A stretch of DNA of 64,000 nucleotides. Origin: Dicyema japonicum (taxonomy: Eukaryota > Animalia > Dicyemida). A program made the translations under genes and the position numbers. Location of the stretch: NCBI GenBank assembly GCA_011109175.1, contig RDEW01000004.1, positions 954,030 through 1,018,029 on the forward strand, written 5' to 3'. This document shows, in pieces, positions 54,600-64,000 of the stretch. Within the stretch, counting starts at the first letter, position 1. The number at the start of each line of letters is the position of its first letter. A model generated the notes under the pieces. That model did not search any database. It was not told the origin of the DNA and saw only the letters and a program-made list of their open reading frames with translations.

Positions 54600-55380
54600 T
54601 AATAATGACCCTCGTTGTCGCAGATTTTCAGCGGCTTTTTCGCAGTTCCTCGTGTAATTTAACAGCAGAAAACATTCGTCTTCCATACTGACAGTTCTCA
54701 ATTTGTATATTGTCCGAATATTTGTGGCAGAGGTAATTTGAATGTGATATTTGAATACGTTTTCTCTTTAATGCACTTTTATTAGAATTTGAACTTTACA
54801 GTTTCGAACGTTTTTCCTTCTGCTGTTCCGACAATTCTCTTATTACTGGGTCATGAACAATACGTCTATTTCGGTCTTTTTCCTTCAACAGTTTCTGTCG
54901 CCGACAGTTTTAAGATATCCAAGATCTTCCCAGGGGTAGTCTAGGGGTGCTACTTATTTCAACACCCCACGACCGTTTAGAGACATTTTGTTGGTATCTC
55001 TTTTGCCAAGTGTTAAAAGTCAACAATTCCACAGCCAAACGACTATTTAGAGATGTACTTTTTCTCTTTACTGCTTCAATTACGAAGTGTAGTTTAAGAT
55101 TTAATCTGGCCACTGTTAATTTATGGTCATTCTCAGTTATAGTTCCTCCATAACTCCTAGAGTCAGACAACAGTCTCTTAGATTAGGCAGATATAATCTA
55201 TTTGGTTATAAATATATGTGTTGTCGACGTCTTTGGACCTTCTTGACAGATCTTCAGATAGTTGCTCCCTCTTGATTAGAGATGAGAGGCCTCGAACGTT
55301 GTATGTAGCGATGGTGAACAAAGAGTTTGAATTTAAGCATGATAAAGACATAATTTTTACAGGGAAAAACAGAAGCACAT
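54600..55380 (-). mobile_element. RTE-like element 5' part (APE endonuclease), deleted
   Basis: IATYNVRGL, YNQIDYI, DSRSYGGT..DHKL. Confidence 0.75.
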
Positions 55381-55512
55381 CACCACTTCAATCAAAGAGT
55401 TAGCTTATTGTAACTTTTCATTAAAAAATAATGATTTAAGAAATAAAAAATATTATATTTAACGTAAATAAAATTAATATAAAGTTTGAATAAAATATTA
55501 ATAGTCACGTTC

Positions 55513-56111
55513 ATGGCTGTGGCGTTAGACTGTGAATTTGTGGAGGTCGATTACTCCAGATCTGGTCTAGCCAGATGCAGCATCACTGACTACTCGGGGG
55601 AAGTGATTTTTGATGAATACATCAAACCAAATGGTGTAATTACGGATTATAGGACTCGATACAGCGGAATTTGTAAGGAACACATGGATTCAGCCATATC
55701 TTACTACAAGGCTAGGACATTGATTTGGGAAATTATTAAAGTACTTTATTGCCTCATTTTTAGGAGAGGGTTGTCGTTGGACATTCTTTGGATAACGATT
55801 TCAAGGCAATGCAACTTTCAGTCCCCGCGTATATGAGACGAGACATTTTCTTTTCTCGAGAATTAAGGAAGATTATGAAAAATGGGGGATCAAATAAGTT
55901 ATCCCTCAAATCAATGTCACAGCAAATCTTGAATCGAAACATTCAGTCGGGACACCATTGTTCCGTTGAGGATGCCAGAGCCGCTCTTGATCTTTTTAAG
56001 TACATTTATTCTACGAAGGGACACTGGGATGTGGTCGAAATGGATGAGATTAGGTTTAAGGACTCAAAAAAGTATTCGCATTTATTTGATGATTTTTATT
56101 GGAACAATTGA
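55513..56111 (+). CDS. DEDDh 3'-5' exonuclease of the REXO4/ISG20L2/AEN family
   Basis: VALDCEFV, LARCSI, TDYRTRYSGI, VVGHSLDNDF, HCSVEDARAA; one 23-nt intron at 55741-55763. Confidence 0.92.
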
Positions 56112-56449
56112 TTTTATTTTTAATAAAAATTTATGTTTTTTGTCAGAAAATGCTTTACGTGTTTTTATTTGTCTTTTCTGTGATTTAATAAAAGTTTGTG
56201 TTTTATTGCCGGTTTGGAAAGGTCTCATCTACTTTGCAAATATAAAGAGTCACTATTGGGTCATTTGAGGTGATTTTTAACTTTACCTGACTATGGGACG
56301 ACCACTGCCCGACCGGCATACGAAATGAGTTTTACATTTATTTACTTCACTGAAATGATTTTTACAATGCCAGATATGGATGGACGTAAAGTTCCTTTGA
56401 CCTGTCTTTTCTATTATTTTTTAAAATTTTTGTGGAACGTAAACCACCC

Positions 56450-59400
56450 AAGCAACCTGACGGAATTCTGTTAGAGGAGAGAGGAAGAAATTATGGGACC
56501 TGTATCAATTCCCTTTCCCTACCAACATTATAGGGAGCATGGTAAATGCATTCTCCACAGCAGAAAAGGCAGAGAATACTAATGGAAGAAGTAGGAAGGG
56601 TTCTTTTACCGGTTCACGTTCCACACATATGCTTTCAAAATATATTGCTACAAGTCAAAAACTCATTAAAATTCAATAGCTCTTCAATCGATTTCTGTTG
56701 CTTTTCAGAACTTGGGGTTGACCACCTTGAGGAGATAGACCTTACGACCAATATACGACGTAGGACCTGTGATTGTAAGTTACTAATTCCTAATGATTTT
56801 ATTTGTAGTTCGTGTGAACAGAAATTGTTAATATTTGTTATTTAAAATGTTTGATGTGACTTCTAAGTGAGACAATTTGTGATTTAAGACTTTGTATAGT
56901 TTGTTCAAATTCCTATTATAATTCATTACTTTACTTGTCTAACTGATGAAGGCAACCTGTTCATGGTTGACTCCTCGAATTCTATTCTTTGTTGACGAAG
57001 CTATATATGAAATATTATTACTTCGGATTGGTGGTTGTCGTCTTTCATTCTCAACGATTCCCTCAATCTAGTAATCGTAATATCCTTTTGGTCGCACTCC
57101 CTCTTACATGACTACAATAATCGATTCCTTCAGTACTTCAAACAATCTGCACTTGTCTTCTTCATTGACTGAAATTTCCCGCGTGTAGTTTTCTAATTGA
57201 CAAAATTTAGTTCTCCACATGGCAGTATCTCTTTTGTGGATGTTCTGCAGAGCATTATACCTCTCAGTCAATTCATCATACATCTAAATCTTTTCGGACC
57301 TCAAACCTTTCGTAATTCTTCCTTTTTTGTCATTGCTTCATCATTCAACTTTTTGAACTTATCCTCAAACTACACTATCAGATCCCAATGTACCTCTTTA
57401 ATCAGATCCTCTCGTTCCTTCTCGTATTTTTGGATTTTTTCATTGTAAAGTAAATCCCTTTTGTTCTTTTCAGTTTGTAGCTTTGCTGTAAACAAGAAAT
57501 ACTTTGTTGTGATAATTTTCCTCCAAATCTTTCATAATTTTTGCTCTCTCAGATTTAAATTCCAAAATTTGTGCAGAATGCTTGTTCTTCTGGTCGTGAA
57601 TTTCGCATCTCAGCTTTTGGATAACTTGCTCACTCTGATTAATCGTCTGATATTATATTTGGGGTACATTTTGTAATTTGTTATTTTTTTCATTAAACTC
57701 ATTCACCAAAACATCACGTTCTTTGTCCATTTTTGATTCTGTCACTTTAAGGTTGTGTTTGTGCAGATCGGCACATTTCTCAAGACTAGATTTGTACTGT
57801 GCTCCGATCAATTCTATCTTCTCTCGGTAATCGTCCTCTATGCTACGTACTTGCTCCTCTATCTCTGATTTATTCTTTTTGTGTTCCTGGTTCGTCAAGG
57901 ATTCTTTCTTCCTGAGTTCATGAATTTGCTCATTCAAAGCGGATATCTAGGATTACTTCCATCAGTACTTGTTTATCCTTATCCCCCACTACATACATCC
58001 ACTTCCCATCCAAATTGTTCATGTTTAGTTCATTGTTAATCCTTTCCTTATCCAATTCGGATTCGATCCTTGAATTATCAATTTTATATTTTCTTAGGGT
58101 AAGACTAAGGACTACTCAAGTTTGCTTTGTAGTTCAAAATTAATTTTCGACAAACTCTTTTCCGCCTCACTATGAGCCTCATTCGTCTTAAAAATCTAAA
58201 ATTATGTTTATAGTTACTTCTTGGTCAAAAATTTGTCTCATTTCCATTAGTTTGCTCTCCGTCATTTCATCTCGTTTCTACAAGAATATTGTCCCCAAAC
58301 CTTCAATTCGTTTAATTTTTGCTTCTCACATCTTTTAATCGTCAAATTTAACGATGATATTTCCGACTGTAGTTGGCATATTTTAGTTTGATACTTGAAT
58401 TAACGACTCCACTTACTTTTGTATATTCCATGTTTTCCTCCCTTTGGAGACAGTCAATCTCTGCCTTTAACTCTTCTCTGTGGGTTTCAATATTTTTGTT
58501 GTATTCTTCGAACATTTGCTTATTTTGGTCGTGTTCGTGTTGGTACCTTAATTAGAAATGTCACCACTTTTCCTTCTCTTTATTCAAGTCCTTCCTTAAG
58601 TCTTCGAGGTTTTGTCTCAATTTTATATTTTCACATTGCAACTCCTCGTTTGCAATAGCCATAGTCTCTGCTTGTTCCACGTGATGCTGAATTCTCCCTT
58701 CCATCTCATCTAACAGTCCTCTCTTATATTAACGATGAGTTTATCACCAATGAAAGTATTTGATTATTATTTTCTTCTTGCAAAGACTGCATTTTTTGAT
58801 TCGCCTCTTCGTTTATTCTCTGTAGTACCCCGTAATTCTCAGTCATCATCTCTTCTCTTTTTCCTTTGTGGTTTTCTTCCAATACAGTCATCTGATAACC
58901 ATTTAAGGAGTACCTTGTTCTGGAACATCATTTCTCTTTTGCACGATTCTTCCTCCATTTTAAAACGAATATCCGAAATCTGAGTTTTATAGTCATCTTC
59001 TATTATTGAGTCGATTTGAGTTACCTCTTAAATTGGAATCCCTTAAGGCAATCTCCAAGTTATTAATCAACTCCTCATATTCTTCTTTTATTATCCTCAT
59101 CTCCCTGTTTTTGTTATCCAATATCTATTCGCTATATAATTCTAAAAACATTCCTTATTTCCTGTTCGAAGCTTTGTTTCATTTTTAGTTGTTCATTTCT
59201 GTATTTTTCTTCAGGAATTTTCGGGTTTGGTTCAATCCCCTATATTATCTAATATCCCCACCTCAATTATTGCTCTACAAGCAAGATCTCCTTTATGACT
59301 CTTGGACTCCATGTTTTGCTAAATTGGTGGTATCAATTCATACTGAGAATGATTTCAAGTTATGATGATCAAAGTCACTTGCTCTTAGCGAATCCAAGTC

Positions 59401-59753
59401 ATAATTTCTCATTTTAGGTTCCCTGTCATGAAAATTGGAGTATGTAATTGATTTTAGCAACAAATGAGGATCTGGGGGGTACTGAAACATCCCTTCAAGT
59501 CTGTTCTTCCTCAGACAGTCCAAAAATAAGTCGCAGTAAAAATTTCGAAATTTTCTATTTAAAATTATAAATTTACTTATCAGTTGTACCACATCCTTTG
59601 GAAGTGGAGAGATATTCGATCCAACTTTTGGCGGTTTTTTGATCTTAAATAATATTAGTTTTGGTAACCAAGATGTAAGTTTAATTCATTTACAAGAAGT
59701 TTTGCTTCCTCAATATTTATTGCAAATTCGTTGTTTAAACTATCGGGTTTCAT
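56450..59753 (-). CDS. Multi-exon orphan coiled-coil protein
   Basis: Chain of E/K-rich exons separated by GT-AG introns of about 22-65 nt (e.g. 59320-59344); putative ATG at 59753; 3' end uncertain; no family recognised. Confidence 0.6.
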
Positions 59754-60604
59754 ATTTTATTTATGGTAGATATGGAGATTGTGTATTGATCATTAAATTG
59801 GAATAAAATTAAAATAATAATTAAAATTTACTCATTTATTATTAAAATATTAAAAGTTATATTCGTCACGACGTGTGATGAAAATGGAAGAGGAAAGCCT
59901 GTAATGTCTATTGGAGGATAGATTTGGTTGGCACAAATAAATGTTCTTCCTTGGGTTCATTCCTTTAATTAATTAGTTGTGACTCTTTGTGCTGGATTTA
60001 GTAAAGATTGTAATATAAATTAAGTTTCCTGAGTTATCTGCGTCTAACCGCTGGTCTCATACAAGCTAATGAGGCCGGGTCACTCAACTAACTGAGTTTC
60101 TGCAAAGAACCGGAAGGCCATTTGGAAAATGGTTAACCAAGCGAATCAATTCCGATCGGTCTTGAAGAAGGAGATTCTGATTGAGTTGTTTAGCGGAAAT
60201 TAGAGGAGAAACTTTTTGAAAATGGTTGGATCGCCTCCGAGTACTCGAACAGTCCGATGTATTCCGAGTTCATTAAGAAAAAGGACGACAAATTATATCC
60301 ACGTCATAAAAAGTAATCCATAATTAACGAACTAAAAAATGAATATTGACGAACTAAAAAACCTGCGAAAAAAACTCCATATCTTCAACCATTGGATGTA
60401 AAAGTTAATTCGGGATTCAAGGCTACAGTCAATTTTAGAAGAAAAAATATAGTATTATATTTAGTCTTCGGATGGTTTAGAGAAGTTGATTTGAGCCATT
60501 CAGTAATTGTTCTGAGTTTGATGTTCTGTAGTTGTAGGAAGCAGAAGTTAATTAACAAGGGCATAGTGGTTAGAATAAATTGTTAAACCTTCTTTAGTCT
60601 AGAC

Positions 60605-61675
60605 AAGGGGTTCTCAAACTTTTTAGCTCAAGGGTCAAATCGATAATTAAGAGTATCTTTGCGAGCCGCACAAAAATATTTTATTTGATTAAAGCAAAAA
60701 GGCTACGTAATAGAGAATCAATGTGAGACTTGATTTTGCTTGGCGTCTACTATTTTATCGAAACGAGGAGTAAAGTTCGAAGACGATGTACGTAAAAGTT
60801 GAATTAGTTGTTCATCAGTCAATCGATTTCGATACTTACTTTTTATTCGCATAAGTTTACTGAAAAGAGCTTCACATGCATACGTTGATCCGAAGACTGA
60901 TGCATTTTTTTGAGCATTATCGACCAAGTTCGGATATTTCCACTGTGGAATTCGACTCCAAAAATCCAATAGTTCACTTGACTTAAATAGCGCGGTGAGT
61001 TGTAAATCTGTCTGCATTTCAATTAGCTCCAGCTGATATACATATGGAGCGGTGCAGCATCTGTTTCCATATGTGACGAAAATATTTTCATAATAGGTTC
61101 TTTAAAATCACGGCTTCATATTTTTTGCAAGTAGATGACAAATTTTGAAAGAAGCTATTGTAGCAGATCTTGATGACATGGGCTGTTTAAACAAAGTGGT
61201 TTGTAGTTTGCGATTTGATGTCAGACATAGAAATTTGATTTTTCTTGATTCACCTTGAAATGAATCATATTCTGAAGAATGTTTCATATAATGCTTCTCG
61301 ACATTATATAACTTAGACATCGTATAACAAAATGACAAATCAGGCAATGTGCTTTGCCATTTTCTTCAAAAACTAAAAATTGTTCCTCCCATTCGGGGTT
61401 AAATGCACGAATTTCTTGAATAATTTTTATACTTCTTTTAACACGTTTTTCAGACATCACAAGCAATATTAATTTAATACAAAAAATATTTAATTTAAAA
61501 ACAATAGTTAAAATATGTAAAAATTTTTTAACCATAAAAAGTTTATTTTACGAAATAAACAGAAAGAAAAAGCACAGTTAAAATCCGGCTACATTATGTA
61601 AAATATGTAATATTTTTTTAATAATTTTAAGCGGGCCGCACCAAAATCCTGGGGGGCCGCCGTTGAGAATCCCTG
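60605..61675 (-). mobile_element. hAT (Buster/Charlie, GTF2IRD2-like) internally deleted DNA transposon
   Basis: TIRs (A)AGGGGTTCTCAA and CAGGGATTCTCAA; 8-bp TSD GTCTAGAC at 60597-60604 and 61676-61683; N-terminal RAFNPEWEEQF...CLIC and C-terminal FGSTYACEALFS...KSKYRNRLTD; catalytic core missing. Confidence 0.92.
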
Positions 61676-61994
61676 GTCTAGACTAAGGAATTGCCGACAC
61701 AGCGTTCAATATGTTGATTTTGCGAGAGGCCTTTGTACGTTGTTCCACCAAATACTTGGAGAAAGTCAGTAAAATTAATCCAAGTATTTCAGGAAACTGG
61801 CAGCTAATTTCCCCCACGTGAATTTAAATCGCATCGGAAAACTAATTAGATGACCCCGATACTTTTTAAGATATCTGGAGTAATCACTGAGTTATTAATT
61901 TGGTGACCCTGATATCTTGTAGTAATCATGAGTTGCTCTAATATTATCACGACATCTCCAATCCCTAAAGAATTCAGAAGTATTGCTCTTTATT

Positions 61995-62310
61995 ATTATT
62001 AATAGCAATGTCAGCGACACCAGAAAAGTTAATGAATTTGAGATTCCACTTTTGCCATGCATCTCAGGATACGCGCTGTTTTATCCTCCCCTGTTTCTCG
62101 CAACCGCCCTCAGATCATCCAGATCCTATCCTATTTTCAGCTCTCTTCTTATCCAAATGAGTTCTTTTGCCGAGCGTCGACGACAACGTTGTTCTTTGTC
62201 GACCTCGATGCGTTGTTTTGTTTAATGTAAAGAACTATGATTCCATGGCCTGATTGGCCGTGCCATTTCCGAAGCTCTTAAGATATCCAAAGAGCTGCCA
62301 TTCCGCCTAA
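61995..62310 (-). mobile_element. RTE-like 3' fragment
   Basis: WQLFGYL and GRQRTTL remnants, with a TAA-rich tail. Confidence 0.55.
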
Positions 62311-62319
62311 GTAACTTAA

Positions 62320-64000
62320 TATAATAACACCAGAAACCACGGTTACACAAACTAATCACTTTTTAGCATGTGCAGCGAAAAATATAAGAGAAAGAGTTAG
62401 CTTGCTCGAAGCTCTTCTGTTCTAAGCCAGATCCCTCAGTGTGTCCAGGTCGTCACCAGATGCCAATGTTTTCTTTACGGCTTTCAGATCGTTTTGTAAA
62501 ATGACCAGGAGGGTTGTTCTCGGTCTTAACGAAAGCGTTTTACATGGGATGAGTAGTAATCTCCCATGGCGATATTCGGGAGGGATGTCGGGTCCAACCT
62601 CAGGACGTGTCCTAAAAGTCTCCAACAAGAGCTAATGATCTCGAGACTTAATGGCGTATATTCACACTTATTGTAAAGTCTTTTCCGCGAAATCTCGGAT
62701 GGCCAGGACATTTCAGTTATGTTTTTTAGATGATTCCTGTGAAACGAGTCTCGTTTCTCCAATTCCTCTTTTGAGTTGCCCCAGGTCCCAGAGTTGTATA
62801 GGAGGATTGGTTTGATAAAGGTATCGTATAACGTCATCCTTTGTTTTATTTTTTCCCTTTCCTTTTTAGCCATAGGTTATTCAGCCTATGCCGCCATGGT
62901 TTTTTTCCGTATATTTTCATTATCTCCTAATTGAAAGCCAAGTTTCTTTGTGTGTCTCCATTTCTCCTCGAGTGAGTTATTCATTCGTCTTATTTCTGTC
63001 CGTTCTGTTTTTTCCCTGTTCACGGTGAGAAACCATTTCCCAAGTATATCTGGTACTTTTTCTAGTACATGCTCCAGGAGTTCTTTGTCTTCAGAGATTA
63101 GGTCGACGTCAGCATAAATCACTTCTATTTTTCCTTGGTATAATGGTCTCAGTTCCCTCATAGCGGCCTCCAAATATATTGTGAATAGTAGTAGAGAGAG
63201 TCTCCTTGAGGAGTGTTTGTTTCAAATTCTTTTGAGTAGGTTCTTCCAACTCTCACAAGGATTTCTGTGTTAGACAGAAGGATTTGGATCATTCTTAGAC
63301 TCGATTCGTCAAGAAACCCTTCCAGCACTGTCATCAATTTGTTCCTGTTTACCGAGTCAAAAGCTTTTGTAGATCTATTCCCAGAATGTGGGTGGCATTG
63401 CAATATCTTTGATGTGTTGCACATCTCTATCTGTGACTCCAGACTGCATCAGCTGTTGATTTTCCTTCTCTGAACCTACTTTCGGGTAGGTAGTCTTTTA
63501 TTCGTTCCAATACAATATTAGCTAAGACTTTCCGTAGAGAATTTGATAATATTATCGGTCGTAAGTTTTCAACCGGTCCTTTGGGTTTATTGGGTTTCTG
63601 TATTAGTAATCCCCTTCCCAGGGGTAAAGTTGAGTTAGTTGAAAACATTTCATTTAGTAGTGTAGCGATTTTTTCAGAAAGGGAGTCAAAACCGTATTTC
63701 AGTAATTCTGGGTTTATCGTAGCTTTTGTTATTTTTTAGTTTTTACATGCTGTTTTTATTTCCAAAAGTGTAATTGGTTGTTTCAAAGGCTTTCCTTTGA
63801 ATGGGGGGATTGCTGTAGTCACATTGAAAAGTTTCTCAAAATGTGTTCCAATTACCTCCGCTTGCTCTTCAGTATTCAGTGTTGTCTTTCCATTTTTGAT
63901 GATTATTCGTTCCTTCCGGTTTGTGTGGCGTAGTAAAGAACGACCATAGACACTTTTGATTTTTCAAAGCAGTTCTTCTTGGTGGAGTGTTCAGTCTTCT
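62320..64000 (-). mobile_element. RTE-like retrotransposon, continuing beyond the window
   Basis: NLRPIILSNSLRK, KAFDSVNR, TPQGDSL, YADVD, KPILLYNSGTW, WRLLGHVLR. Confidence 0.88.

Noticed and set aside
179-56111. Alternative genetic code (TAA/TAG read as sense, ciliate-like)
   Set aside because: In-frame stops in conserved genes fall inside removable introns, and genes end at expected positions with TAA (GNPNAT1, CFAP61), TAG (TATDN1) and TGA (VPS51).
60320-60362. Short direct repeat ACGAACTAAAAAA twice
   Set aside because: Low-complexity local duplication with no supporting context.
3305-63473. Many 60-180 aa ORFs antisense to genes or TEs (e.g. 3305-3739, 22797-23330, 57197-59188 plus strand)
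   Set aside because: Shadow ORFs of opposite-strand coding sequence, with no motifs of their own.
1-64000. CRISPR arrays, operons, prophage, rRNA, retron or DGR-type RT systems
   Set aside because: No repeat-spacer array seen; the sequence is spliceosomal and eukaryotic; all RTs carry non-LTR retrotransposon signatures.

Overview
AT-rich eukaryotic (most likely animal) genomic DNA, not prokaryotic. It holds about 11 compact host genes: RDH11-14-like SDR, QRSL1/GatA, ARID1, GNPNAT1, VPS51, CFAP61, TATDN1, an MPDZ/PATJ-like multi-PDZ gene, an ISG20L2/REXO4-like exonuclease and two orphan coiled-coil genes. These genes are broken by dozens of extremely short GT-AG introns, mostly 20-30 nt. That intron size, plus a motile-cilia gene and an animal-type PDZ scaffold, best fits a dicyemid-like parasitic metazoan (inference). 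Intergenic space is packed with transposon relics that were not seen inside genes: RTE-like, CRE-like, R4/NeSL-like, I/Jockey-like, Ingi-like and L2-like non-LTR retrotransposons, plus pogo, hAT (Buster), MULE and Ginger-like DNA transposons. Most notable: a minimal-signal tiny-intron system; 2A StopGo motifs ahead of the endonuclease in Ingi-like LINEs; a near-intact R4-like element resembling (from memory) microsporidian elements; recurrent single-base deficits in conserved genes (probably assembly error, editing not excluded); a 78-bp target-site duplication; and a strong minus-strand bias of LINEs. All gene models were read by hand; TE boundaries are approximate unless TIR/TSD are given.
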